A DNA stretch of 64,000 nt from Longimicrobiales bacterium. Lineage in GTDB: Bacteria > Gemmatimonadota > Gemmatimonadetes > Longimicrobiales > Gaopeijiaceae. The DNA lies in the NCBI GenBank assembly GCA_965249725.1, contig CBDFMQ010000002.1:2336001-2400000 (forward strand), read 5' to 3'. The translations under genes were made by a program, and so were the position numbers. Below, one piece after another: positions 36,583 through 47,867 of the stretch. The notes under the pieces are model-generated. The model made no database searches. It had not been told where the DNA came from and saw only the letters and a list, made by a program, of their open reading frames with translations. Each line of letters starts with the position of its first letter. Position 1 is the first letter of the stretch.

Positions 36583-37440
36583 TCAGGCCGGCGCCTCCGC
36601 CGCTTTCCGCCCGGCTGCCACCGCACGACTCACGCCCCAGACGCTGAGGACAATCAGCGACATCGCGATGAGCTGCGCGAGGGTGAATGGACCGAGGAAG
36701 CGATCGTCCTTCACTCGAACGAATTCGACCAGGAACCGCTCGAAGCTGAGCAGGGCCAGGCAGATCCACCAGAGCCATCCCGGCCCGTGTTCGTGCTTCC
36801 GCAGGCGCCAGAGGATCACGAAGATCAAGCTGGCCATGGCGATCTCGTACAACTGCGTAGGGTGGACCGGCACGACCTGACCGAACTGTTCGATGAGAGC
36901 GGGGTCGACCTGGACTCCGAATTGGTTCTGGAGCACGTCGACACGGGTGGGAGGTGTCCCCTGAGGGAAGCGGATTCCCACCCACGAGGCGGTCGGTCGG
37001 CCGTAGTCGTCCCCCACCAGAAAACAGCCCATGCGCCCGACGGCGTATCCGATCGCCAGGGTCGGGGCGATGATGTCGGCCGTCTTACCGAGAGGCAGCC
37101 CCTTCCGCTTGATCTCCCAGACGATGAGGGCCACGGCGCCACCGAAGCCGCCATACCAGACCATCCCTCCTCGGGAGAAGATGGCCCTCACAGGATCGTC
37201 GAAGAGCCGCGGGTAGTTCAGGAACACGTAGTACAGCTTGGCCCCGATAATGCCGCCCAACACGGCCATGAAGAGCAGGTCCCAGGCAACCTCGGGATCC
37301 TGTCCGGACCGCTCCATCTCCGGTCGAAGCAGCACCCCGGCTGTGAGGAAGGAGAGGAACATGAACACGCCGAAGGAGGTGATCGGCTCGCCGCCCATGA
37401 AGGGCAACCATTCGGGAAGGCGGAAGAAGATGGGGTACAC
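36583..37440 (-). CDS. lgt: Prolipoprotein diacylglyceryl transferase
   Basis: GGMVWYGG, GRMGCF, HPTQLYE, RFLVEFVR. Confidence 0.93.
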   Translation of the reverse strand: MYPIFFRLPEWLPFMGGEPITSFGVFMFLSFLTAGVLLRPEMERSGQDPEVAWDLLFMAVLGGIIGAKLYYVFLNYPRLFDDPVRAIFSRGGMVWYGGFGGAVALIVWEIKRKGLPLGKTADIIAPTLAIGYAVGRMGCFLVGDDYGRPTASWVGIRFPQGTPPTRVDVLQNQFGVQVDPALIEQFGQVVPVHPTQLYEIAMASLIFVILWRLRKHEHGPGWLWWICLALLSFERFLVEFVRVKDDRFLGPFTLAQLIAMSLIVLSVWGVSRAVAAGRKAAEAPA

Positions 37441-37453
37441 GCTCAGTGTCCTC

Positions 37454-38506
37454 TCATGCCGAGGCCCGCACCAACCCGGGGAACGGGAGGTTCGGATCCG
37501 CGGACGTATTCAAAGGCGCGAGGTCTCCGCGCTCTAATCGGTAAGCTCCGGCGCGGGCCACCATGGCCCCATTATCGAGCGACAGCCGCGGCGAGGCGTG
37601 AAACAAGACACCCCCGGAATCGAGGCGACGTCCAAACTCGTCTCGCAATCGAGTGTTGGCCGACACCCCACCCCCCAGAAGCACCCGCGTGCAGCCGGTC
37701 TCCTCCACAGCTCGAAGGGTCTTGGTCGCCAGCACGTCTACGACCGCAGCCTGGAAGGAAGCCGCAACATGCTTCCTCTCGTCGTCCAGGGTGCCCAGGC
37801 TCTCCAACTCCGAAACGAGCGTGGCCACCGCGGTCTTGAGTCCGCTGAAGGAGAAGTCGTAGAAGTCGGCATCGTCAGGCTGCTGGTTCGAGCGCAGCAT
37901 CGGTCGGGGGAAGCGGTACCGGGCCTCGTCTCCTTCGGAGGCGAGTGCTTGCACGGCCGGACCACCCGGATAGGGCAGCCCCAGCAGCTTCGCTACCTTG
38001 TCGAAGGCCTCGCCCGCCGCATCGTCGCGTGTCTCTCCGAGGAGGTGATACTCACCCCACTCGGGCGCATAGAGGAGAATCGTGTGCCCTCCCGAAACCA
38101 GCAGCGCCACGAACGGCGGCTGCGCGTCCGGGTCTTCGAGTGACGGAGCGAAGAGGTGCGCCTCCATGTGGTGCACGGGGATCATGGGCTTGCCGAGTCC
38201 GAACGCCACCGCCTTCGCCCAAGACACGCCGACCAGCAGCGCTCCGACGAGACCGGGCCCCGCCGTCACCGCCACGGCATCCAGATCGCTGAATGCGCAC
38301 CCCGCCTCTCGCAGCGTCTCCTCTACCACGTCGTCGATCCGCTGGAGGTGGGCTCTAGCGGCGATCTCGGGGACGACTCCCCCGTAGAGGGCGTGTTCGT
38401 CTTGAGACAGGATCACGTGACCCCGAACCGTGGTGGGCGCCTCGAGGAGCGCCGCCGCCGTCTCGTCGCAGCTCGTCTCGAGACCCAGAATGAGCGGCCC
38501 GCTCAT
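37454..38506 (-). CDS. tsaD: tRNA N6-adenosine threonylcarbamoyltransferase
   Basis: LETSCDET, GGVVPE, GPGL, HHMEAH, LVSGGHT, DDAAGEAFDK, SFSGLKT, DNGAM. Confidence 0.97.
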   Translation of the reverse strand: MSGPLILGLETSCDETAAALLEAPTTVRGHVILSQDEHALYGGVVPEIAARAHLQRIDDVVEETLREAGCAFSDLDAVAVTAGPGLVGALLVGVSWAKAVAFGLGKPMIPVHHMEAHLFAPSLEDPDAQPPFVALLVSGGHTILLYAPEWGEYHLLGETRDDAAGEAFDKVAKLLGLPYPGGPAVQALASEGDEARYRFPRPMLRSNQQPDDADFYDFSFSGLKTAVATLVSELESLGTLDDERKHVAASFQAAVVDVLATKTLRAVEETGCTRVLLGGGVSANTRLRDEFGRRLDSGGVLFHASPRLSLDNGAMVARAGAYRLERGDLAPLNTSADPNLPFPGLVRASA

Positions 38507-39474
38507 GGCTCCGTCTGGCGGCGGACGACCACGGTGTCAACCGCCGGTGCAGCGGTCATGTAGGTCGGGAGACCTTCTACAACGATCGGGACCCTGCGCT
38601 CTTCGGCCACGCCCAAACCAAGCAGTTCGCCGGACGGCACCACCACCCGCAGACGGCTCGGATCGAGATTCGTGACCTGGGTCCGGGCGCCCCGGAGCGT
38701 GAGCTGCACGGTGGCGGGGAGAATCTCCAGGGTCCCGCCCGCCTCCTCCAACTCGACCCCGACGTCGGCCCATACGGGCACGGAAGCGAGCACCCTGTCG
38801 ATGGACTCCTCGACGGGAATCCTCAGAGTGATCTCTAAAGGGACCACAGAGATGCGGGCCAACCCCGTGGTGTCCACCGTTGTCAGCACGGCTCCACGTT
38901 CGTCGACCTCGCCCAAATCCACCGGAACGATGTCCAGCGAGTCCAGTTGCTGTATCAGGCTGGCCGGCCCACTGACCCGCACCGCAGAAGGCGTGACCGA
39001 TACGGATCGGGTCAACGCCAGGTGCTCGGGAAGGCTCCCCCGCGTGGTGATACGGACTGGGACCGAGGCCGTCGCCACATGGTCGAGGTGGACGTGTACC
39101 GTGCTGGGGAGAATGTCTTCGACGATCACGCCGCGGTAGCCGTCCACCGGAATCCACGCGTCCTGCAACGCGATGACCATCTCCTCACCGGCGACCTCCG
39201 TGAGGGGCACGGTGACGGAGACCCCGTCGATGGCCGTCAGGCGGAATACCTCGGTCGGCGGACCGCTGAATCGCACCTCCACGGTGGCCGGCACGGGATC
39301 GTCCATGAGGATCCACTCGGGATCATTCAGACTCACGGTGACGGGAATGGAGACCGCCCGCTGGTCCGGCGCTCCAACTCGGACCAAAGCCCACAGAAAC
39401 ACGGCCATGAAGAAGGCCGCGAGCTTGAGCCGCCAATCACTGGCGAGCGATCCTCCGAGGGAGCGGGGTTTCAC
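38503..39474 (-). CDS. YbbR/CdaR-like repeat membrane protein
   Basis: N-terminal WRLKLAAFFMAVFLW helix; repeated PxTVxVxGP YbbR-type domains. Confidence 0.8.
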   Translation of the reverse strand: MKPRSLGGSLASDWRLKLAAFFMAVFLWALVRVGAPDQRAVSIPVTVSLNDPEWILMDDPVPATVEVRFSGPPTEVFRLTAIDGVSVTVPLTEVAGEEMVIALQDAWIPVDGYRGVIVEDILPSTVHVHLDHVATASVPVRITTRGSLPEHLALTRSVSVTPSAVRVSGPASLIQQLDSLDIVPVDLGEVDERGAVLTTVDTTGLARISVVPLEITLRIPVEESIDRVLASVPVWADVGVELEEAGGTLEILPATVQLTLRGARTQVTNLDPSRLRVVVPSGELLGLGVAEERRVPIVVEGLPTYMTAAPAVDTVVVRRQTEP

Positions 39475-39502
39475 GATCTATCCGGTGCCAGAATCGGTAA
39501 GC

Positions 39503-40084
39503 TCACTCCGCCGCCGCCAAGAGCCGCTCGATCAGCTCCTGGTGATCAGGCGCATCCCACTCCGTCCCCCCGGCCACCTTCTTGTAGATGATCCCGTCCC
39601 TTCCGACGAGAAAGGTCTCGGGTACACCCGTGGTCTGATACAGCTGCTGGATGTCACCAGAAGGGTTGTGGAGCAAGGGGAAGGTCAGCCCGAGTGAATC
39701 CGCGAACTCCTGGATGTCGCCTCCCGGCCGGCCGAAGAAATCGAAAGTCCCGGCCTCGGCATCGATACTCACCGCAAGAATCTCCAGACCGTCGGCCGAC
39801 AACTCCTTGTACAGGCGTTCCATGGAGGGCATCTCGTACCGACAGGGACCGCACCAGGTCGCCCAAATACTCACCATTACGACGTGGCCGAGATGGTCGC
39901 TCAGGCGCACGACGTTCCCGTCGAGATCGGGTACCGCGAACTCGGGTGCGGGGGTGCCGGGAATGACCGGCTGGAGGCGATCTCGATTGAGCCACGCCAT
40001 GAGCACCACGAGAGCCACGCCCAACAGGGCGAAGGCATAGGGGAGGCGGGAGTATCTCGGCTTTGGAGTGTGTTCCGAGGTCAT
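39503..40084 (-). CDS. TlpA/ResA-family thiol-disulfide oxidoreductase
   Basis: TM anchor, APEF, WATWCGPC, EMP, GVPETF. Confidence 0.92.
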   Translation of the reverse strand: MTSEHTPKPRYSRLPYAFALLGVALVVLMAWLNRDRLQPVIPGTPAPEFAVPDLDGNVVRLSDHLGHVVMVSIWATWCGPCRYEMPSMERLYKELSADGLEILAVSIDAEAGTFDFFGRPGGDIQEFADSLGLTFPLLHNPSGDIQQLYQTTGVPETFLVGRDGIIYKKVAGGTEWDAPDHQELIERLLAAAE

Positions 40085-40131
40085 CGTATTTCTGGCGCGA
40101 GTCGAGTCAACTGCTGTGGCAGTGAATCTAA

Positions 40132-40968
40132 TTAGTTCCTGCGGTTTCTGCGCGTATTAGAACGTCTCCCAACGACGAGACGGACCGGGCTCCCCGGGGC
40201 GAGCAGGCTATCCGGCTGCGGGTCCTGCTCGACGACGCGTCCTTGGTCACGACCAAAGCGGAATCGCATGAGTATCTCCGACACCACGAACCCCAGCGAG
40301 TCCAGCATCGCTTCGGCAGAGGCCTGCTCGATTCCAAGCAGTAGTGGCATGGCCACCAGCGGAGGACCTGTGCTCACGGCGATACGGACCTCCATCGGAA
40401 GATCCACCTCTGTTCCGGGCTCCGGGAGGACCTCTACGACCTGACCCGCAGGCAGCTCGGCCTCGAGACGGTCGACCGCCACCAGGAACCCGCTCGCCTC
40501 CAGCACGTCGCGGGCCCTTTCCTCCCTGAGGCGAACGACATCGGGCACAGGCCGCCGCACCGGACCCAGACTCACCGTGACGTCTATCGTGTCACCGCTC
40601 ACGGAGAGCTGACCGGCCAGAGGGCTCTGGCCCAACACTTCGCCCCGGAGGGCCAACGGGTGGCTGAACGAGTCGGTGACCGCCATCTGAAGGCCCATGG
40701 AACGCACCGTCTCGAGCGCGGCGGATTGATCCACTCCGCGGACGTCGGGGACCTCGAACAGGTCCCGGGGCCGCGGAGGGACGGGAAAGAGTACCCGAGT
40801 GGAAAGCAGATAGCCCAGTCCGAATCCGACCAGCAGAGTGAACGCCACAACGCCCCATGCGCCGCGTGATGGCCTGTAGCTCCGCACAGTCCCCCACCAC
40901 TTGCTTAAGGATTCCAGGCGGGGCTTTCCGCCACCGCGTCGTCGTCGAATCGAACTGCCTAGTCTCAT
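40132..40968 (-). CDS. PASTA-domain membrane protein
   Basis: TM helix then three repeats (VPDVRG, VPDVVR, MPLLLG...QxP). Confidence 0.88.
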   Translation of the reverse strand: MRLGSSIRRRRGGGKPRLESLSKWWGTVRSYRPSRGAWGVVAFTLLVGFGLGYLLSTRVLFPVPPRPRDLFEVPDVRGVDQSAALETVRSMGLQMAVTDSFSHPLALRGEVLGQSPLAGQLSVSGDTIDVTVSLGPVRRPVPDVVRLREERARDVLEASGFLVAVDRLEAELPAGQVVEVLPEPGTEVDLPMEVRIAVSTGPPLVAMPLLLGIEQASAEAMLDSLGFVVSEILMRFRFGRDQGRVVEQDPQPDSLLAPGSPVRLVVGRRSNTRRNRRN

Positions 40969-40984
40969 CCCTGCTGTTCTCGCC

Positions 40985-42301
40985 TCATCGCTTTCTCAGT
41001 CGGGCCGCAAATGCCCCGTCGAACCCACACTCCTGGGGCAGCACACTGAGGTGGCCCCGTCCACTCAGATACCTCTCGTCGACGCCAGAGCCAGGCTCCG
41101 CATGGAACTCCGGATGCCGGTCCAGAAACACGGCAACCCGGTCCTCGTTCTCTTCCGGCTCCAGGCTGCAAGTGGAGTACACCAGCAGTCCTCCGCTGGG
41201 TACTACGCCCGAGCAGGCCTTCAGGATGCGGTCCTGAATGTCCACCAACTCGTCGAGACGCTCCGCCGTGAGCTTCCAGCGCGCATCCGGATTCCTCCGG
41301 AGCGTGCCCGTACCTGTGCATGGCACATCCAGCAGCAGCATGTCGACACTCTCCACAATGGGGGCAAGGGCGTCGGCCTGCACCACCGCCACCCTCATGT
41401 CCGATCCCGCCGGCACTTTGGGCGCGAGCCGGGCCACATTACCCCGAACCAACCGCAGGCGCTCCAGCGAACGATCGGCCGCCAGCACCGAGTTACCGCG
41501 TGCCGCCAGCGCCATGGTCTTTCCACCGGGGGCCGCGCATAGGTCGGCCACCCGATCGCCCGGGCCGGGATCGGCGTACGGAACGACCAAGGCCGCAGCC
41601 GGATCCTGCACCACCGACGGAACCACCGACATTGCCTCGATAGGAGAAGCACCCGCGCTCAGCACTACACATCCCGTGCCAAGACCCACAGGTCGAGCGT
41701 CTATGCCGGCTTTGACCAAGGCCTTCGCGGCCTCTTCCGGAGTGTCCCGGAAGCATCGGAGGTAGATGGGGGGCACCTCATTGTTCGCTTCGACCAGCTT
41801 CCGAACGTCTGACACGGGCCAACGTTGGAGCCAGCGGTCCACGAGCCACCTGGGATGTGATCCCCACGTGGACAAGTACCCGGCCGGATCTGCGTCGAAG
41901 TCCGGAAAGTGCTCTTCGCCCGGTCCCTCGCGGACGGTCGCCCGCATGATGGCGTTGGCGAAGCCGGCAGCTCGGTCGCCTCCTACGGTGCGCGCCAGAT
42001 CTACCGTCTGAGAGGACGCCGCATACTCCGGAATGCCGGCCATGTAGAGAATCTGATACAGACCCAGCCGGAGAACGTCCAGCATCTCGGGGTCCACGGA
42101 GTCCAAGCCCCTACGAACCCTTCGGTTCAACACGTAGTCGAGTCGACCGCGAAGCCGCTGAGCCCCGTAGGCCAACTCGCGGCACCAGGCTCGCTCGCGT
42201 GGGTCGAGGTCGCGCGCCGCGTCGGAGAACGCCCGGTCGAGACGTTGACCGCGTTCAACCGCACCGAACACTGCAAGCGCAGCCCGCCTTCCGGGTGTCA
42301 C
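40985..42301 (-). CDS. rsmB: 16S rRNA m5C967 methyltransferase
   Basis: NusB-like N-terminus, SHPRWL, DLCAAPGGKT, DVPCTGTG, YSTCSL; GTG start at 42301 inferred. Confidence 0.92.
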   Translation of the reverse strand: MTPGRRAALAVFGAVERGQRLDRAFSDAARDLDPRERAWCRELAYGAQRLRGRLDYVLNRRVRRGLDSVDPEMLDVLRLGLYQILYMAGIPEYAASSQTVDLARTVGGDRAAGFANAIMRATVREGPGEEHFPDFDADPAGYLSTWGSHPRWLVDRWLQRWPVSDVRKLVEANNEVPPIYLRCFRDTPEEAAKALVKAGIDARPVGLGTGCVVLSAGASPIEAMSVVPSVVQDPAAALVVPYADPGPGDRVADLCAAPGGKTMALAARGNSVLAADRSLERLRLVRGNVARLAPKVPAGSDMRVAVVQADALAPIVESVDMLLLDVPCTGTGTLRRNPDARWKLTAERLDELVDIQDRILKACSGVVPSGGLLVYSTCSLEPEENEDRVAVFLDRHPEFHAEPGSGVDERYLSGRGHLSVLPQECGFDGAFAARLRKR

Positions 42302-42324
42302 CTCCGCTCCAGAGCCGGGAGACG

Positions 42325-43152
42325 TCAGTCCAGCATCCCCCGGGTGGGCGACGACGGAATGGCGATCTCCTTCGCCTCCATGCGACCGGCGAGATAGGCC
42401 AACCGGCCCGCCTGGATGCCCAGCCTCATGGCGTGGGCCATGGCGACCGGATTGTCGGCGGCAGCGATAGCCGTGTTCATCAGCACCCCGTCCACCCCCT
42501 GCTCCATCGTGACGCAGGCGTCGGAGGCTGTGCCCACGCCCGCATCGACAATAATGGGCACCTCGCATCGTCGCTTGATTTCCCTGATGAAGTAAGGGTT
42601 CACAACGCCCAAGCCGCTTCCGATGGGACTGGCCAGGGGCATGACCGCGACACATCCGACATCCTCGAGTCGAAGGGCGGTGATCACGTCGTCGTTGGTG
42701 TAGGCCATGATCTTGAAGCCCTCGTCCACCAGCGTCTTGGCCGCCTCCAGAGTGGCCTGCGTGTCGGGAAGAAGCGTCGTTTCATCCCCGATCACCTCCA
42801 GCTTCAGCCACTCGTTGAAGCCCGCCGCCCTCGCGAGCCGCGCGTAGCGCATGGCGTCCTCAGCCGTGTAGCACCCGGCGGTGTTGGGGAGCAGAAAGAA
42901 CTCGTCGGGATCGAGGTGGAAGAGGATGCCCTCTTCCTTGGTACGGTCCAGGTCCACCCTACGGACGGCGACCGTGACCATCGCCGTGCCCGAGGCCCGG
43001 ATCGCTTCGATCATGGTGTCGTTGTCCGAGTACTTACCGGTCCCCACGAACAGGCGGGAATCGAACTGCCGTCCCCCCATGTGTAGGGCGTCGGCGGTCC
43101 CTACCGCCTCCGCCTGGGCTTCCATATCGGTCGGTGTCATCTGTTCGCTCAT
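42325..43152 (-). CDS. thiG: Thiazole synthase
   Basis: SRLFVGTGKY, LPNTAGC, KLEVIGD, MPLASPIGSG, DAGVG, ASDA. Confidence 0.97.
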   Translation of the reverse strand: MSEQMTPTDMEAQAEAVGTADALHMGGRQFDSRLFVGTGKYSDNDTMIEAIRASGTAMVTVAVRRVDLDRTKEEGILFHLDPDEFFLLPNTAGCYTAEDAMRYARLARAAGFNEWLKLEVIGDETTLLPDTQATLEAAKTLVDEGFKIMAYTNDDVITALRLEDVGCVAVMPLASPIGSGLGVVNPYFIREIKRRCEVPIIVDAGVGTASDACVTMEQGVDGVLMNTAIAAADNPVAMAHAMRLGIQAGRLAYLAGRMEAKEIAIPSSPTRGMLD

Positions 43153-43367
43153 CCTCCGCCCACGAAGTGTACCAGCTCGACCTGGTCTCCTTCCGAGACC
43201 TGGATGTCGCCGAAGCAGTCGCGACTGAGGATCTCCCTGTTCAGTTCCACGACGATCAGCTGGGGGTTGAGGTCCAGCGACTCGACGAGTTCACGCACGG
43301 AAAGGCCAGAACCGATCTCGCGGTCCTTTCCGTTGAGTCTCACGTTGATGGTCTGCCCTTCGCTCAT
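43149..43367 (-). CDS. thiS: Sulfur carrier protein
   Basis: 72 aa ubiquitin-like, ends FVGGG; adjacent to thiG. Confidence 0.95.
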   Translation of the reverse strand: MSEGQTINVRLNGKDREIGSGLSVRELVESLDLNPQLIVVELNREILSRDCFGDIQVSEGDQVELVHFVGGG

Positions 43368-43409
43368 GATCTGTTCGCTGTAACGGTTTGATGCGTCTCG
43401 TTCGACTCA

Positions 43410-44024
43410 CTAGGCCAGGGCCTGAAGATAAGCCTGTACGGCGTCGCTTGAAGAGGGGGCGTGCCAGATTCCGCTGACCACGGCCGCACCGTAGCCGCCC
43501 GCGTCGAGAATCGGCGGCACCCGCTCCGGCGTCACACCCCCGATTCCCAGAACAGGCACCGAGACGGAGCCGACCACCTCGCGAATCAGATCAGGTCCAG
43601 CCGGCGTTTGGCCCGGGTGGGACGGGGTCTCCCAAAGAGTCCCCACGAACAGGAAGTCGGCCCCCTCTCGAACCGCCTCTACGGCTTCATCCACTCCGTG
43701 CACGGAGGCCCCGATGAGCCGCTCGGTCCCGAGGAGCCCGCGAGCCTCCGAAGGGGGCAACGAGCGGCGGCCGAGATGAGCCCCGTCCAGTCCCGAGCAG
43801 AGTGCTACGTCCACCCGATCGTTGACCAACAGTTTGGCTCCGGATGTAGCAGCGATTCCACGGAGCGCTCCCGCCAACTCGGAGAGGGACCGACCAGTCC
43901 CGCGGGGTCCACGGATGTGGAGAGCGACAGCCGCACCGACCTCCAGCACCTCCCGGGCCCGCACCAAGAAGTCCGCCTGGGTGAGCACTCCGTCGTCGGT
44001 CACGACGTGGAGCCGAGGGATCAC
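43410..44024 (-). CDS. thiE: Thiamine phosphate synthase (ThiE/TenI family)
   Basis: LVNDRVDVA, GAHLG, GASVH, TPSHP, GIGGV. Confidence 0.85.
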   Translation of the reverse strand: MIPRLHVVTDDGVLTQADFLVRAREVLEVGAAVALHIRGPRGTGRSLSELAGALRGIAATSGAKLLVNDRVDVALCSGLDGAHLGRRSLPPSEARGLLGTERLIGASVHGVDEAVEAVREGADFLFVGTLWETPSHPGQTPAGPDLIREVVGSVSVPVLGIGGVTPERVPPILDAGGYGAAVVSGIWHAPSSSDAVQAYLQALA

Positions 44025-44956
44025 TCGAAGCGTTGGCCGGCGCTCGCTCCCCGGCCCAGCACCCAGTCGCCCGCCGTCATGCGATGCTTGCCCGCCGGTT
44101 GGACCTCGCCGATCTGGACCGCGCCGTCTCCGGTTGCCACCAGCAGACCGGTCGCCCGATCCGCCTCCACGATGGTCCCCGGTGACCCCTCCGGCGTGAT
44201 CTCGGGCGCCGCCTCCGGCCGGAAGAACTTTACAGGATCGCCGTCCAGTTCCGACCAGGCTCCCGGCACGGAGTCCATGCCGCGAATCAGATCAGCCACA
44301 TGAGTGCAGGACGCCGTCCAGTCGATGCGGGCAGTGGCTCGGTCCACCTTGGGCGCATAGGTCGCTTCCGACTCGTCCTGCTCGCGCTCCTCGATGACGC
44401 CGGCTCCCAGAAGGGCCAAAGCCTCGACCAGCGCCCCGGCACCCACCTCGGAGAGCCGTGTCGTGAGTTCCGACGCCGTTCCCCCCGGGTTGATGCGCTC
44501 CTCAGTCTGAAAGAGGATCGGCCCGGCATCCATCTTCTCGATCATGCGCATCACCGTCACACCCGTGACCTGGTGCCCGCGAGCGAGCGCCCAGTTGATC
44601 GGAGCCGCCCCTCGAAGGGCCGGGAGCAGCGAGGCGTGGAGGTTGACCGATCCCATCGAGGGGACGTCCAGCACATCGCGCGCGAGAATCTGGCCATAGG
44701 CGACCACGACCGAGAGATCGGCCCCAAAGGCCTTGATCTGCTCCAGGAATGCTTCCCCCTTGGGGGACTCGGGCTCGAGAAGGGGCATGCCCTCCTCGAG
44801 TGCCGTCTCCTTCACGGCCGAAGCCTTGAGCTGTCTTCCACGCCCGGCGGGTCGGTCGGGCTGAGTGACGACCGCCACGATGTCGTGTCCTTCATCGCTC
44901 AGGGCAAGCAACGATGGGACCGCGAAGGGGGGGGTGCCCCAAAAGAGGATTTTCAT
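44021..44956 (-). CDS. fmt: Methionyl-tRNA formyltransferase
   Basis: FWGTPPFA, TQPDRPAGRG, VAYG, NLHASLLP, RGAAP, MDAG. Confidence 0.96.
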   Translation of the reverse strand: MKILFWGTPPFAVPSLLALSDEGHDIVAVVTQPDRPAGRGRQLKASAVKETALEEGMPLLEPESPKGEAFLEQIKAFGADLSVVVAYGQILARDVLDVPSMGSVNLHASLLPALRGAAPINWALARGHQVTGVTVMRMIEKMDAGPILFQTEERINPGGTASELTTRLSEVGAGALVEALALLGAGVIEEREQDESEATYAPKVDRATARIDWTASCTHVADLIRGMDSVPGAWSELDGDPVKFFRPEAAPEITPEGSPGTIVEADRATGLLVATGDGAVQIGEVQPAGKHRMTAGDWVLGRGASAGQRFE

Positions 44957-44959
44957 GGA

Positions 44960-45472
44960 CTAGTCCTCCTCTTGGCTCTTCTTCCACTTCTTCAGAAGCA
45001 TCCTGCGCTTGAGTGGGCTCACGCGATCGATGAACAGGATCCCGTCCAGGTGATCGATCTCGTGCTGGAGAGCCCGGGCCAACAAGCCCTCGGCCTCGAC
45101 CTCGACCGGCTCTCCGTCCGGCGTGAACCCGGTCACGGTGACACATTCGGGTCGGCTGACCACCTCCTCGAGTCCGGGAATGCTCAGGCAACCCTCAGGG
45201 GCCTTGTCCGTCTTCTTGCCTGCGTCGGAGACCACCGGGTTGACCAGGGCGAGACGTCTCACTTCGGGGTGGTCTTCCTCACGGACATCGACGACGCAGA
45301 GTCTCAGGGACACACCGATCTGCGGGGCGGCCAGTCCGATACCTTCGGCGTGGTACATGGTCTCCCACATGTCGTCCACCAGCGAGCTGAGGTCGTCATC
45401 GAACTCGGCGATCTCCTCGCCGGGAGTACGCAGCACCTCGTCGCCCAGGAGGACGATGTCACGAATAGCCAA
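44960..45472 (-). CDS. def: Peptide deformylase
   Basis: GIGLAAPQIG, EGCLS, QHEIDHLDG. Confidence 0.97.
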   Translation of the reverse strand: MAIRDIVLLGDEVLRTPGEEIAEFDDDLSSLVDDMWETMYHAEGIGLAAPQIGVSLRLCVVDVREEDHPEVRRLALVNPVVSDAGKKTDKAPEGCLSIPGLEEVVSRPECVTVTGFTPDGEPVEVEAEGLLARALQHEIDHLDGILFIDRVSPLKRRMLLKKWKKSQEED

Positions 45473-45481
45473 TAGCGGCCT

Positions 45482-45802
45482 CTACTCCCCCTGAGTGACC
45501 TTCCGGGAGATGCGGCTCCGCTCGATCGTGACCTTGGTCTCGCCGCCCGTCTTGATGACCAGGCGATCTTCCTCAGCCCGGATCACCGTGCCGATGATCC
45601 CGCCCGTCGTCACCACCTCGTCGCCTTTCCCGATGGCGGCGATCATCTCCTTTTGCTTCGCCTGCTCCTTCCGCTGAGGGCGGATGAGCAGGAAGTAGAA
45701 GATGAGGATCACGGCGGTCATGTTCAGGAAGAACACGAAGGTGCCGTCCGCCCCTTGTCGGGGAGCCATCAAAACTGCCAACGCCGCCTCTGACAAAACC
45801 AA
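45482..45802 (-). CDS. yajC: Preprotein translocase subunit YajC
   Basis: FYFLLIRPQRK, KGDEVVTTGGIIG; follows tgt. Confidence 0.95.
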   Translation of the reverse strand: MVLSEAALAVLMAPRQGADGTFVFFLNMTAVILIFYFLLIRPQRKEQAKQKEMIAAIGKGDEVVTTGGIIGTVIRAEEDRLVIKTGGETKVTIERSRISRKVTQGE

Positions 45803-45869
45803 TCTCCGCTAAGGCTCGAGTGTGTGGCGATGCCCATACGGGGTCGCCAGGTCCGTCGACTTCATTCCG

Positions 45870-47048
<1,179 letters not shown>

Positions 47049-47158
47049 CTAGACGAGATAGTCTCGGGGGTGTGCACGGGTCCGTCCACCCCATGGCTCC
47101 GACGGTTGCTCTTCAACGCGTTCTTCAGCGGGGGGCGCCCTGCGGCCTAGGGATCGGT

Positions 47159-47214
47159 CCTGGCCCCTGGGGCGCGACGCCAGCTTCGGCGACGTCGCGC
47201 TCCAGGGAGCTAGG
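47159..47214. repeat. Long GC-rich inverted repeat with C(UUCG)G loop
   Basis: CCCTGGGGCGCGACG / CGTCGCGCTCCAGGG stem, extended by CCTGGC / GCTAGG; lies just downstream of the 47229 gene. Confidence 0.6.
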
Positions 47215-47228
47215 AAGCGTGGGGTACG

Positions 47229-47729
47229 CTAGAAGCCGGCCGCATCTCCCCCGGTGTGCTCGTCCGGCGGTGGTGGTGGTGGTGGCGGTGGTGGCGCGCT
47301 TGCAGCGGCGGGCGCGGCCGAACCGCCCCCCATGCCGAGCACGACGCCGATGACCGCTCCAACGATGGCCGTCCCGATCATAGCGACGATCGGATCAACG
47401 AGAGAGGCGGTCAGGTTCGCGATGTTCGCCGTGCCGTACATCGTGAGGTTGATGCTGGCACCCATGATCAGCCCGACGATCCCGCCGGTCTTGAAGCCCG
47501 CACCGGCGGAGGCATCCCCCCTCCACCCCATCACCATGGTGAGGAAGCCGGCCCAAAGGAGCTGGCCCGCACCGAATGCCCAAAAGATGGGCACGTCTCT
47601 GTAGACACCGGTAGCTGATCCGAGGTTGCCTTCGTAGAAATCCGTCAGCAACAGGCCGTAGAAAACGTACCCCAAGACACCGGCAGTGACCCCGCCGGCC
47701 AGAGTGGCCATCAACTGCTTGGAAGCCAT
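47229..47729 (-). CDS. Four-TM membrane protein (DUF1761-like) with poly-Pro tail
   Basis: AAGGAGG RBS; hydrophobic helices; C-terminal run of 10 Pro. Confidence 0.7.
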   Translation of the reverse strand: MASKQLMATLAGGVTAGVLGYVFYGLLLTDFYEGNLGSATGVYRDVPIFWAFGAGQLLWAGFLTMVMGWRGDASAGAGFKTGGIVGLIMGASINLTMYGTANIANLTASLVDPIVAMIGTAIVGAVIGVVLGMGGGSAAPAAASAPPPPPPPPPPDEHTGGDAAGF

Positions 47730-47867
47730 CTCTCCCTCCTTATCCAATAGGTTCGATTGTCCCGCCTCGACCCAGCCAGCCCCCTCGGCCACACCGGGCG
47801 AAAGGCACAGTGCGGACAATCTACGGGGGACCATCGGCATTTCCTAAGGAATTCCAGTCGAGCTACT

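Noticed and set aside
42302..42655. N-terminal extension of rsmB in the ORF track
   Set aside because: Overlaps thiG in another frame; RsmB similarity starts near 42301.
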